DNA from: Scyliorhinus canicula
Taxonomy: Eukaryota
DNA length: 64,000 nucleotides
Assembly: GCF_902713615.1 (NCBI RefSeq)
Contig: NW_024055441.1
Location: forward strand, 1 to 64,000
Direction: 5' to 3'
Made by a program: the position numbers and the translations under genes. Positions 12,252 through 25,200 of the stretch are shown here, in pieces; position 1 is the first letter of the stretch; the number at the start of each line of letters is the position of its first letter. Under the pieces are notes generated by a model that did not search any database, was not told the DNA's origin, and saw only the letters and a program-made list of their open reading frames with translations.

Positions 12252-14879
12252 CGACAAGGTTTAGGTTATACCCTTATTGATGCTGTTAGTCATGTACAGG
12301 ACTGAATAATGTTCACTCTGACAGTCTTAATCTGCTGATGAGGTTTATTATTCTGAATAAATGTGAAATAAATCAACTTTGTTTAAAACGTTGTTGCAGA
12401 TCTTTATCTTTCCCACCTGAGTGTTTAACATCACCTGCCTGGGGCTCAGAAAGGACAATCTGGGGGAGGATCACACAGCAGGAACAGAACTTCAGCCTGG
12501 ACACAGTCCTTCAGGGTCACACTGAGAGGGACAAATTACACTTTCATCTCTCTTGACTGTCAGCAAAGTACCTGTGTGGGTTAATCCTGAGGCGTATAAG
12601 AAATGTGTCCCAATCACTCTCTTCCATAGCTCAGAGCTCCTAGACATAGAACAGAAGCTCCTTTACAACTGTTAACAGTCAGGAAGAACAATGGTGAATG
12701 CTGGAAACGTGCTGTCAAATCTGAGATTGGTGGAAAACTGTGATGTTCTTGATTGAATGTAAAGCAGCTAGTTTAAGTTTGTGTGACAGTCACAATGAAT
12801 TAATTGAATAGAAACCTACTTAAAATAGATTGGTTGAATTCTACGTTAAAATAGCAGCTGTTAACTGCTGGGACAATTAGACAACAGTTTGATTCTTGGA
12901 TAAAGAAGAAGCTCCAGTGTGTGTCCAAGAACTCCCAGTTTTACTGAGGTGTGGTTCCCACATTCTGTCCTTTAAAATAAACCTCAGCCCTACCAGCCTT
13001 TAACAATCAGAAACATAACAGAGAAAAAGGTGAAGCTGTGTCTGCCCCTTTAACTGGGAGCTGAGCAGTGTCAGAGTCCCGACTGTCCCCTGAAGACTGA
13101 GTGATGTGTTCAGCTGAAGATTCCTCTTGGCTGTTTTCTGCGTGGTCTCCTTATTCTGATCATTCTCAGTGATTGGATTGGAGTTGTTTATTGTCACGTG
13201 TACCGAGGTACAGTGAAAAGTATTTTTCTGCAAGCAGCTCAACAGATCATTCAGTACATGGAAGAAAAGGGAATTAAACAAAATTCAAGAAAATACATAA
13301 TAGGACAACACATGATATCCTCGGGTATGTGAACCTGCTCTCCTGTCTCATTCACTGAACATCTCTCTTCTCTCTCAGATTCTCACTTAACCTCTCTCCA
13401 CTCTCACACTCACTCATTTCACATATCTCCCACCTCTCTATCTTTCTCTCTGACACTCTCTGTTCACCTTTATATTTACAGAGCGCCTAAATTCACTAAA
13501 CTTTTCTCTCTCTCATTATCTCTCTCTGAAGAAGCGCCGAACACACTGAACCTGTCCGCTTTCTGAGTGAACATCTCATTTATGGAGACTCAATATTTTC
13601 TCTCTCTTCCTCTCACTTTCTCTCTCTCTCTGATTGGCCCTGACTCACTTTTAATCTCCTATTTTCTAATAACCTACTTTGAGGAAAATTTAAGTTTCTA
13701 TAATGTCCCCTCATTTCTCCCAGTGATATCCTCAGTCCATCTTCAGTAAATATGTTAAAAATCTAAATAACCTCATATTTTAATGTTTAAAATGAGAATG
13801 GAGGTGAATGTAATGCTGAGACTGGCAGCAATCTGTGTGGGTGTTCTTGATGCTGTCAGAGTGAGTTCACCCTCACAGGCAGGAAGACTGTTCACGGTGA
13901 TAACATGAAACTGACGCCTGCTGTTTCATTCTCAGGTAACACAACTTCTTGTTTCTCTGCTGCCAGTTTCAAGCCACACATCTCACTTCTGAGCAGAAAA
14001 TAAATCCAGGGACCACAATCTGGTGGGACCATCTGTCAGTGCGGCTTATATCTGCCACAGAGTCAGGGCAGAGTCACACAGATCACATTGTGGTGACATT
14101 TACAAATGAGCCGGTTATTTCTGTTCAGAGTCCCCATTCCCGGACAGAACCTGCTGTGTCTGCGGACCAGTCACTGAGTTCCCTCTGCTCTCTGTAGCTG
14201 GCAACTGATAACCTGCTCCCTTATATTTTATATCATTCTTTCTGTGTTACTTGTTTCCTCTATTTTTCAACTTTAATCTCTCGCCACCTCATCTTTCTGC
14301 TGTTTAAAATCTCAGTTTTTCTCACAGTTCTTCTGTCTCTCCTTTCCTCTGTATCTCTCTCTCTCGATATCTGTATGTTCCTATTTAATAGAGGTGTTGA
14401 ATTTCATGAACGAGTTGTAATAGATTAAAGAAAGAAAGAGGGAGAAAACCAGTAAATGTTGGAAAAACTCAGCAGTTCTGGCAGCATCGGTACTGAGAGA
14501 AACAGAGTTAACGTTTCGAGTCCCTGTGACTCAGAGCAGGAGAAACCGGGATTGTCCCTCTGTGATCAGGGAAGGTGAAGGGGAGATTTAATAGAGGTGT
14601 TTAAAATGAGGAAGGATTTGTGATGGTGTCGATGGGGAGAAACTGTTTCCCAAGAGCAGGAGGGTGTCTAACGAGAGAGCATAGAGATTTAAGATATTTG
14701 ACAACAGAACCCAAGGGGGTGATGAGGAGAATTGTTTTTACACAGTGATGTGATGTGATCTGGAATTCACACTGACAGGCTGCTGGAAGCAGATTTCACT
14801 AACTTTCAAAGGGAGTAACACTTGTAGAGGGTAAATTGGCAGTATTATGGTGAATTAAATGAATTCGACAGTTCACTCA

Positions 14880-15160
14880 TAGAATCTCTACAGTGCAAAA
14901 TTAGGCCATTCGGCCCATTGAGTTTGCACTATACCTAGGCGCAATGCCCCATCCTATACCTGTAGCCCCACCTAACCAATGCATTTTTGGACACCAAGGG
15001 GAAGTTGATCATGACCAATCCACCTAAGCTGTAAATCTTTGAATGGTTGTAGGAAACCCATGCAGACACTGAAAGAAAGTGCAAGCTCCACACAGTCACC
15101 CAAGGCTGGAATTGAACCAGGGTCCATGGTACTGTGAGGTAGCAATGATGCCTTTGTGAC
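14880..15160 (-). mobile_element. Degenerate HE1-type SINE
   Basis: V core (tgtgtggagcttgcactttc) and gggccgaatggcct tail on the minus strand. Confidence 0.7.
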
Positions 15161-15959
15161 AGTCTGAATTTTCTCTCCTGATGTTTAACATTTGATCTTT
15201 TCAATCACAATGTGTCTCAAAGAGAAGATTTAAACTTTGGTTTTAGCTGTCATATATATTTCCTGTGTGACTGTAAATCGAGAACCACTAGAATGATTTC
15301 AGTTCCTCTCCAGGTGCACCTCAGATACCAGAAATACCTGGAGTTCCCCATGTCCTCATTGCTCTCATCTTGGATAGAACAGTTCTGAATCAGGTGGAGT
15401 CAGTCACACGTGCCTCTGTCATGGTATTTCCATTCCTATTTTATCATACTGCTCCCAGTGACACTGACTATAGCACAGAAACATCAAATTATCATTGCTA
15501 CCTTGCATCTTGCCCTCTTATTATTGTCTAATGATAACAGTGACAGAGTAACACACACTGGATTTGGACTGACAGGCAGGTTATTGTCTGATAATAACAG
15601 TGACATAATTATTATCTGGGAAGCAACAGTGCTACCCACTGTGCTACCATGCCGCCCTAGATTGGCCCAGGTAGCGTGATATTTTAGAGAGGTCGGTGCA
15701 GATTTGATGGGCCGAATGGCCCCCTTCTGCACTTTAGCGACTCTTATGATTCTACATTGAATCTAATGATATGTTCACTCACACACTACAGTCTGACTTA
15801 TTATTGGAACATACACTGTGTTTGTTACTCTCAAAGTGAGTGAATCCTTTGCTGTTTCCCCTCTGGGTCCCATCTCCACTATTATTGTCCTGATTGTCCC
15901 ACTGAGACTCTCACTGTTATTATTGGACAATCAGCTAATCAGCCTGAGCCTGTGGCCGC

Positions 15960-16400
15960 TCTCACCATCTGGAACCGTCACAATGCCCGGGTGATTGACG
16001 GCAGCTCCGGACCAATAGGAGGTGGAGGAGCGGGTCTGGAGGACGATCGGGAGCGGCTGGTCCTCCAACCAATCGGAGAGAATGAGGGGAGGGGTCCACT
16101 GTGATTCAAGCATGCGCAATGTGGGTAATGGCGAAGGAGAAGGGCGTGTTCTTCAGATCCAAAATTCGTAAGGGGCGTTTAACAATATGGAGAGAGCGAG
16201 AGATCGCGGGGGTGGGCGGAAACGTTGTGTAAAGCTGTTGTAAGTTGCAATCCTCGGTAAAGGGTTTTCGGGACCCGGGTTGTACCCAGCGGGGCTGCAG
16301 CTCCTCATCTTCGGCTCGGGTTAACGGCCGCCATCTTTATTGAATGTGCATCAGGGCGCATGCGCGTTTCTCATCTTTGTCGGGGCGATGTTTCAATGAG
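15960..16400. promoter_or_regulatory. CpG-rich promoter cassette (CCAAT x2, NRF1-like, YY1-like); copies at 47625-48040 (direct) and about 62870-63030 (inverted, partial)
   Basis: ccaatagg, ccaatcgg, gcgcatgcgc and gccgccatctt are present in the copies. Confidence 0.55.
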
Positions 16401-16651
16401 TGGGAGGAGCTTGTTCCCCATTGTTCAGAATGGAGACAACTTGTCCATCAAACTGGATTAGTCTTTCAGTCCCAATGTTTTATTGATGATGCAAAGCGGT
16501 GACAGAGATGGAAAGAAAAGGAAGCCAATCCTGCTCTCCGGATTTCACTGTCTCATTGGACATCCTGCCCCATGTGTCCAAAGCTCTGCGGCTCTGTTCA
16601 GCCACATGAAGACCCAGGGCAGAAACTCTCAGCCCTGAGGAGACGTCACGG

Positions 16652-16977
16652 CCTCACGGTAGCATGGTGGTTAGCATCAATGCTTCACAGCTCCAGGGTC
16701 CCAGGTTCGATTCCCGGCTGGGTCCACTGTCTGTGTGGAGCCTGCACGTCCTCCCCGTGTGTGTGTGGGTTTCCTCCGGGTGCTCCGGTTTCCTCCCACA
16801 GTCCAAAGATGTGCGGGGGTTAGGTGGATTGGCCATGCTAAATTGCCCGTAGTGTAAGGTTAATGGGGGGATTGTTGGGTTACGGGTATACGGGTTACGT
16901 GGGTTTAAGTAGGGTGTCATTGCTCGGCACAACATCGAGGGCCGAAGGGCCTGTTTCTGTGCTGTACTGTTCTATGT
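16652..16977 (+). mobile_element. HE1-type SINE, absent from the paralogous block at about 48275
   Basis: Full head-core-tail; empty site ccctgagtcagcatcaccctcaaatc in the 47.6-48.5 kb copy. Confidence 0.88.
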
Positions 16978-17324
16978 CACCCTCAAATCGAGGGACTGCT
17001 GATGATAATGAGGGTCAGTGCGCAGCGGGGGGCATGAGCGGTTCATCCTGGACCATAAGCAGTAAGGGAAAATGTTGTGAATTTCTATCCTGGACTGACG
17101 GTGGTTAATTTTGGAAACTCCTTTTACAGGGGGTTAGTAGGAGAGGATTTACACACAGCAAATTCAAACCAGGAGAAATGTTTATCTTTCCTGAATTTCC
17201 TGAAGGAAAATGTTAATGGTTTTTCAGTTTTTTTCTGAAACAGCACTGAACAGAGTGACAGCTGAGCCGTGACAGGCCCTGGTTACCGGCCGTCATCTTT
17301 ACAGAGGACAATGCGCCGCAGGAA

Positions 17325-17501
17325 GGGGCTGGTTTAGCACAGTGGGCTAAGACAGCTGGCTTGTAATGCAGAACAGGGCCAGCAGCGCGGGTTCAGTTCC
17401 CGTACCAGCCTCCCCGAACAGGTGCTGTAATGTGGTGACTAGGGACTTTTCACAGGAACTTCATTGAAGCCTACTTGTGACAATACGTGATTATTATTAT
17501 T
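17325..17501 (+). mobile_element. Second tRNA-derived SINE family (another copy at 47325-47485, minus)
   Basis: ggggctggtttagcacagtgggctaa...gggttcagttcccgtacc head; (tta)n tail. Confidence 0.8.
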
Positions 17502-19633
17502 ATGCGCTGCGAGTCTGGCCGGATGCCAACTCTCCCGGATTGACTGACTGGAGTCTCCAGGATTTTATTTTAATCATTTGTGGGAGTCACTGGCTGGGCC
17601 AACAGTTATTGTCCATCCCTAATTTCCCTCAAACCGAGTGGTTGGCTCGGCCATCTCGGAGGGCATTTAAAGAATCAACCACATTGCTGTGGTTTGGAAT
17701 CGTGTCGGCCAGACCAGGTAAGGATGGCAGATTTTCTTTTCTATTCATTCCCGGGATGTGGGTGTCACTGGTTGGGCCAGCATTCACTGCCCAGCCCTAA
17801 TTGCCCCTGAACTGAGTGTATCTCAGAGAGCATTTTAAGAGTCAACAAGCTGACTGTGGATCTGGAGTCACATGTAGGCCAGACCAGGTAAGGATAGAAG
17901 ATTTCCTTCACTGAAGGACAGGAGTGAACCGGATGGATCTTGCAACAGCCAACAATGGCTTCATGGTCATCAGTAAACTTTCAATGAATTCAAATTTTAC
18001 CTTCTGCCTTAGTGAGATTCATACCTGGGTCTCTGGAAAATCATTAGGACAGTAAAGAAGATTTTTGAACATTTCTCTTCAGTGGATATAAAAATATTGA
18101 AGATGGGATAAAGGTTGTTTGGCTGACAGTCAATCACTATTCTGTAAGGTAATGAGTCCTTTTGCTTCCCAATTGGCCGTGGAAGGCAGTGTGTCACAAG
18201 GATGGATGTGTTGACCGATTAATGGCTGGAGGATGGGGGCAGGTCATGTGATCCAACCTCTAGGAATACGTTTAATCAAAGTTGGCGAGGAGAGAATGTT
18301 GTGAATTTCTATCCTGAACAGACAGTGAGGTTTCTGTAAATTTACAGGATACTGGAACAGGAGGTTTAACAGACGGGAAACACAAACCAAACATCACATC
18401 GCGATCTGACAGAGTCTCTCGATTCATCAGAACCTGAATATCAGCAGCATCTGGGTGTGGAAGGTAAAAGGTTTGTCTGTTCTGTCTGTGAGGGAAGATT
18501 TCAGGTCTCGGTGTGATTGCAAAAGCCCCAAGATTCACAAACAATGGTTAGGCCTGAGGAAGGATGAAATGGGCCTTGGAGCGAGTGCAGCACAGATTTA
18601 CCTGAGTGATATCTGAACCCCCCCCCCGGGGTTAGATTACAAGGCAAGATTAGACAAAAATGTCACAGTCAGCTGTCAGCACGGTGGCGCAGTGAGTAAC
18701 ACTGCTGCCTCACAGCGCCGAGGTCCCAGGTTTCGATCCCGGCTCTCGGTCACTGTCCGGTGTGGAGTCTGGACATTCTTCCCGTGTTGCGGGGTTTCGC
18801 TCCCAAAACCCAAAGATGTGAAGGCTAGTTGGATTGACCATGCTAAATTGCCCCTTAATTGGAAAAAATGAATTGGGGTACTCTAAATTTATTTTTAAAA
18901 GTTTAAAGGAACATTATGGCCAGAGAAGGGCATTCGGTCCATTGAGGTCCATGCTAGCTCACTAATCGGCACAATGGTTAGCACTGTTTGCTTCACAGCG
19001 CCAGGGACCCGGGTTTGATTCCCGGCTTGGGTCACTGTCTGTGTGGAGTCTGCACGTTCTCCCCGTGTCTGCATGGGTTTCCTCCAGGGTGCTGCGGTTT
19101 CCTCCCACAAGTCCTGAAGACGTGCTTGTTAGGTGAATTGGACATTCTGAATTCTCGCTCAGTGTACCCGAACAGGTGCCGGAGTGTGACGGCTTGGGAT
19201 TTTCACAGTAACCTCATTGCAGTGTTAATGTAAGCCGACTTGTGGCACTAATAAATATTATTATTATCTGGAGCAATCCAGTCAGAGTCATTCTCCTGCT
19301 CTGTCTCTGTATCCTCACAGCTTTATTTCTCTCAGGTTTCTATCCAATTTAAAAAAAAAATAATTTATTGTGTCTATTTCCAAACACTGTCCTGGGCAGC
19401 AAGTGCCACTGGCTGTGTAAAAACATTCTTCCTCATACATCCTGGACCAATGTAGAAAATAGGAGCAGGAGGAGACCATTTGGCCCTTCGAGCCTACTCC
19501 ACCATTCATTGCGATCAGACCTGATTAGGCTCAATAACCTAATCCCGCTTTCCCCCCATATCCTTTGATCCCCTTCACCCTCGTGCCTGTATCTAACTAC
19601 TTCTTGAAAACATGCAATGTTTTGGCTTTAATT

Positions 19634-19966
19634 GGCAGCACGGTAGCATTGTGGATAGCACAAATCGCTTCACAGCTCCAGGTCCCAGGTTCGCTTCCGG
19701 CTTGGTTCACTGTCTGTGTGGAGTCTGCACAACTCCCCGTGTGTGCGTGGGTTTCCTCCGGTTGCTCCAGGTTCCTCCACGTCACAAAGATGTGCAGGTT
19801 AGGTGGATTGGCCATAATAAATTGCCCTTAGTGTCCAAGATTGCCCTTAGTGTTCGGTTGGGTTATGGGGATCGGGTGGAGGTGTTGACCTTGGGTAGGG
19901 TGCTCTTTCGAGAGCCGTGCAGACTCGATGGGCCGAATGGCCTCCTTCTGCACTGTAATTCTCTGC
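19634..19966 (+). mobile_element. HE1-type SINE with 5-bp TSD TAATT, absent from the paralog at about 3515
   Basis: taatt at 19629-19633 and 19967-19971. Confidence 0.85.
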
Positions 19967-21254
19967 TAATTAAAGTTCCTGCAGCGAACGAAATTCCACA
20001 GGCCTCACCACTCTCCTGGTTGAAAACATTCTCCTCCTCCTCTGGTACTAAATGGTCTACGCCCGTATCCTCAGACTGTGACCCCTATTGTGGACACAAC
20101 ACTATTGGGAACATCCTTCTTGAATCGCGATTCTGTTTCAACACACCTGTTTTTTTTTAAAACATAAATTTAGAGAGCCCAATTTTTTTTGTGCAATTAG
20201 GGGCAATTTTTAGTATGGCCAATCACAAGAGGAAACATCCTGCTCCACATCCACCCTGTCAAGACCCCTCAGGATCTTGTATCGTTCAATCCAGGTTTTA
20301 CCCAAAACTTTAAATCTGTTTCCTGACTGCTTGTACGATCAGTGAATGGAAACAGAGTTTCTTTGTCCACCCGTTGGAAATCTGGCATAATCTTGTGTCC
20401 CTGAATCAAATCTCCCCTCAACCTCCTTTGCTGGAACCATTCTGGTAAATCTCCTCTGAACCTTCTCAAGAACCTTCACATCCTTCCTGAAGAGTGGTGA
20501 CCAGAGCTTTATAAAGATTCATAGAATAGAATTAGAACCATAGAATTCCTACAGTGCAGAAGGAGACCATTCGGCCCATCGGGTCTGCACCTATTCTCTG
20601 AAAGGGCACCCTGCCTAGGCCCACACCCCTACCCTGTCCCTGTGACCCCCATAGCCCCATCTAACCTGCACATCCCTGGACACTAAGGGCAATTTATCCT
20701 GGCCAATGCACCTAACTTTCCCTTCTTTGGACTGTTGGACTGAGCACCAGGTGGAAACCCACGCAGACAAGGGAGAAACTCCACACAGTCACCAAGACCG
20801 GAATTGAACCAGAGTCGCTGGTGCTGTGAGGCAAGAGTGCTAACCACTGTGCCACCAGAAGCATAGTCTGGTATCAATATTACTGTTTATGAAGCTCAAG
20901 ATTGAATTTGCTTTGCCAACTACTCTCTTAATCTGTCTTGTAGATATACAAAATCCCTCTTAACCTCTTTCTCTCTCCTCCCAAAGAGGTCAATTGGGTT
21001 TTATAACGATCCAGCCATTTTCATGGTCACTTTTTCCCAGTGCCGGCCCCACAAGTGACCAGATTCATTCAGCTCAATTTCACAACCTTTGTGTTTTTGT
21101 GGGTTCTCTCTCATTCCCTATTTTCTGTTTTTCAATCAGTTTCACAGGGTGTTCGAAGGGGAGGCCCCAAAGTCCGGAAACTCAAAACAAGCATCAGAAC
21201 AGGATCTGACAGAGTCCTAATTGATCATATCCTGAATATCAACGTACTTTGAAC

Positions 21255-22453
21255 ATGGAAGGAAAAAGCATCGTTCACAGCGGGGAGCAACCGTACACGT
21301 GTTGTGTGTGTGGACGAGGATTCACTCGATCATCAGGCCTCACAAGCCACAAATGCAGTCACACTGAGGAGAAACCGTGGAAATGTGCGGACTGTGGGAA
21401 AGGATTCACTTACCCATCCAGCCTGGAAACTCATCGACGCAGTCACACTGGGGAGAGACCATTCACCTGCTCCAAGTGTGGGAAGGGATTTACTCAGTTA
21501 ACGGCCCTGCGGAGTCACCAGCGAGTTCACACTGGGGAGAGACCATTCACCTGCTCAAGGTGGAAAGGGGATCATTCGGTCATCCGACTGCTGAGTCACC
21601 AGCGGTTCACACTGATGAGAGACCGTTTCAATGTCCAGACTGCGGGAAGTGCTTAAAAGTTCTGGGATCTGATCAGCCATCAACGTGTTCATACTGACGT
21701 GAAACCGTTTAGGTGCTCTCACTGTGGGACTGGGTCAGACGATCATCTGCCCTCATTGTACATCAGCTCGTTCACACTGATGAGAGGCCATTTCAATGTT
21801 CAGACTGCGGAATGCTACAAAAGTTCTGGGGAACTGATGCACCATCAACGTGTTCACACTGACGAGAAACCGTTTAGGTGCTCTCACTGTGGGACTGGTT
21901 TCAGACGATCATCTGCCCTCATTGTACACAGCGCGTTCACACTGATGAGAGACCATTTCAATGTTCAGACTGCAGGACGTCTACAAAAGTTCTGGGGAAC
22001 TGATGCACCATCAACGTGTTCACACTGACGAGAAACCGTTTAGGTGCTCTCACTGCGGGACTGGGTTCAGACAATCATCTGACCTCACTGTACATCAGCA
22101 GCATTCACACTGGGGAGAAGCCATTCAACCCTTGCACCCAATGTGGGAAGGATTTCACTCAGTCATCTGAGTTGCATAGGGCACCAGCGAATTCACACTG
22201 GGAGAGACCATTCACCTGCGTGCAATGTGGGAAGGATTCACTCGGTCATCCGGCCTGCAGAAGCACCAGCGAATTCACACTGGGGAAAGGCCATTTGCCT
22301 GCACCCAATGTGGGAAAGGATTCACCGAGTCATTTTACCTCACTGTACATCAGCGAGTTCACACTGGGGAGAGGACCGTTCACCTGCTCCAAGTGTGGGA
22401 AGGGATGCACCACTTCATCCAACCTACTGAAACACCAACGAGGCCACAAGTAA
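21255..22453 (+). pseudogene. C2H2 ZNF paralog (ZNF-2), multiply frameshifted after finger 3
   Basis: [19 protein letters not shown]... has three clean fingers, then finger sequence scattered over frames by many 1-bp deletions; ends HQRGHK*. Confidence 0.8.
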
Positions 22454-22611
22454 CCACAGTGATTGGATTTTGCTGTTCCTCACATTCAGGACTGAATAAT
22501 GTTCATTGGGTCCTCTTTCTGCTGATAACAAACTCCAGCCCATTTACAGGGGCTAATATTCTGGCTAAAAGTCAAATAAATTAGATTTGTGTTAAATACG
22601 CAGTGTTTAAC

Positions 22612-25200
22612 TTTTTTTTAATAAAAAATTTTAATTAGATGTTTTTCGGCATTGTAACAATCGAATTACAGACGAGAAAACGAAAGGGCTGTACAGTAAA
22701 CCAAAGCACATAGTGCAATTGCCGTAGCCCACCCCACCCAGATCTGCCTAAATGACCCCCTATACCACATTCCCCTGACACCACCCCCCACCCCGCTGAC
22801 GATTAATTCTCCGCAAAGAAGTCAATGAATGGTTGCCACCTCCGGGCGAACCCTAATAACGACCCTCTCAAGGCGAACTTGATTTTCTCTAAGCCCAGGA
22901 AACTCGCCATGTCTGACAGCCAGGCTTCCGACTTCGGGGGCTTTGACTCCCTCCAAGATAGAAGTATCCGTCTCCAGGCTACCAGGAAGCAAAGGCCAAG
23001 ACGTCGACCTCTCTCCCCCTGGACCTCCGGGGCCCCTGAAACCCCAAAAATCGCCACCTCTGGACTCATTGCCACCCTCGTGTCAATACTCTGGACATGA
23101 CGTCCCTCAAACCCTTACCAGTATCTCCTCAGTTTTGGACGTGCACAAACATGTGGACATGGTCTGCCGGTCCTTTCAGACACTTTATACACCTATCCGG
23201 GACACTGCCATGTGGGGCCCGGTGGCCTGGCACATGTTGCAGTCCCATCAGCACCCACATCCGCCCACAGGCCTTCCTCAATCTCCTCTCCCAACACCTC
23301 CCATTTATGTCTCAGCTCCTCGGTCTGCGTCCTCCTCCACCCCCAGGAGCTCCTTGTCAATATCCGAGACACTTCCCTCCCCCACCCATCCTCTCGACAC
23401 TACCCTATCTTGGATCCCCCTCAGTGGCAAGAGTGGAAAAGATGGCACCTGCCTGCGCAAAACGTCCCGCACCTGAATACAACGGAATTCATTCCCCCTC
23501 GTCAACCCAAACTTCGCCTCCAGCGCCCTCAAGCTAGGGAAGTTCCCTTCCAAAAACAATCTCTCATCGCTCAATCCCAGCCCTCCGCCATACCCGATAC
23601 CCCCGTCCAACCTCCCCGGGGCAAAAACCGATGGCTGTCACATATCGGGGACCAGACCGATGCTCTAGTTGCTCCCACGTGCCTCCTCCACTGCCCCAGA
23701 TCCGAAGGGCCGCCACCACTACAGGATGGTGGAGAAGTGCGCTGGCGGGAACGGCAGAGGCAAACCGTCACAACGCCCCCAGACTGGTACCCTTACCCCT
23801 ACATGAGGCTGCTCAACCCACTACCATGCCGACCCTCCCCCCACCAACCATTCCTTATCATGGCTATGTTTAGCCGCCCAATAAATAGTTTGCCTGAAAT
23901 TTGGCAGTGCAAGCCCCCCTTCCCCCCTGGTTCCGCTCGAGCATCACCATCGTCACTCGCGGCGACTTGCCGCCCATACAAAACCCAAATGATCTTGCTT
24001 ACCCTCTTAAAAAAAGGAACGTGGAATGAAAATGGGGAGACATTGGAACACAAGAAGAATCTCGGGAGGACCATCATTTTTAACTGTCTGTTCTCTCCAG
24101 CTAACGACTCCCACCTCCAGAACTCCCCTTCGCATTTGAATCTACCAGCCAGGACAGGTTCAGCTTGTGCAGTCGATCCCAATCCCCAGCGCCACGATAT
24201 TCCTAGTACCTGAAACTGTCCCCAACTAACCGGAACGGCAGCTCCCTCAGCCGGTCCCCTTGGCCCCCTCTCCTGAACTACAAACATTTCACCTTTTGTC
24301 ATATTCCATTTCTACCCCGAAAACCGGCCGAATTCCCCAGGGTCGCCATGATTCCATCCCGTCCCCGCCATCGGTCCGAAAATGTACACAAGCAGGTCAC
24401 CTGTTACAATGAAAATTCTGCTCCACCCTCTTTCCCCCCCCCCCCCCCCCTCCCCGAACCAGCCCCTTCCAACCCTCTGAAGCCCTCAGAGCAATTGCCA
24501 GCGGCTCTATAGCACAAACAGCATTGTCCCTCTGGCCCTGCGGGGGGCTCCGAGCTATAGAGTTTGCTATAAAAGTCCTTGAAGCCCTGTTCACACCCGC
24601 CGCATCCCCCACCAAGTTACCGCCTCCCCACCACTTTACCTATTGCCCTAGCCGCCTCCCTCTTTCTGAGCTGCTGGGCCAGCATCCTGCTGCCTTTCTC
24701 TCCATGTCATATACCGCACCCCTCGCCTTTCTGAGCTGCTCTACTGCCTTACCCGTGGACACCACCCCAAACTCCGCCTGCAGCCTCCTCCATTCCCTCC
24801 AGAACTCCGCACTCGGGGTCCCCGCATACCTCCCGTCAATCTGCAGGATCTCCGCTAACAGTCGGTCCGTCTCTGCCCTGTCCATCTTGTCCCTGTGAGC
24901 CCGGATTGAAATCAGCTCCCCTCTCACCACTGCCTTGAGGCCTCCCACACCACCTGCTTGCTGAGACTTCCCCCATATCGTTGACCTGCAGGTAGTTATG
25001 TATACACTTCCTCACCCTCTCACACATCCCTTCGTCCGCCATCATCCCACATCCAGCCTCCACTGCGATGCTGGAACCTCTCTCTCACCACCTTAGCTCG
25101 ACCCAATGTTGGGCATGGTCCGGAAATGGCAATTGGCGAACACTGCGCATCCACCACCCCTGTCAATAGATCCCTACTCAGTATTAAAAAAGCGATCCGG
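22612..25200 (-). mobile_element. L1-clade LINE, 3' part (end of endonuclease, internally deleted RT, Cys-rich C-terminus, 3'UTR, polyA)
   Basis: Minus strand: SRIDFF..SDH, LKAVVRGELISIRAH, YSKLYSSEPP joined to IEPLAIALR (RT core deleted), MMVLPRF, ...ARRWQPFIDFFAEN*; T-run at about 22612-22619. Confidence 0.85.

Larger units (their letters stand above)
17235..22611 (+). other. ZNF segmental duplication, copy 2
   Basis: 17.2-18.6k matches 8.7-9.8k, 18.7-20.1k matches 3.4-4.5k, 20.2-22.6k matches 0.5-2.8k, all inverted. Confidence 0.85.

Noticed and set aside
13813-13990. Leader-like exon MLRLAAICVGVLDAVR|gtgagt with a short intron and acceptor at about 13935, as a possible Ig leader-V
   Set aside because: The downstream exon gives VTQLLVSLLPVSSHTSHF* with no V-domain Cys/Trp/YxC and no RSS; phase 0 is incompatible with Cmu1.
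14455-14532. Half of a Penelope-type hammerhead (gagtc..gactcgaaacgtt on the minus strand)
   Set aside because: The CUGANGA box is missing, so it cannot be called a ribozyme.
12300-15900. Possible additional multi-exon gene in the palindrome spacer
   Set aside because: Short ORFs on both strands show no motif I can recognise (no TRIM, NLR or Ig pattern); left unannotated.
17325-17410. tRNA-like sequence
   Set aside because: Continues into a SINE body and (tta)n tail; no proper acceptor stem or Pol III terminator.
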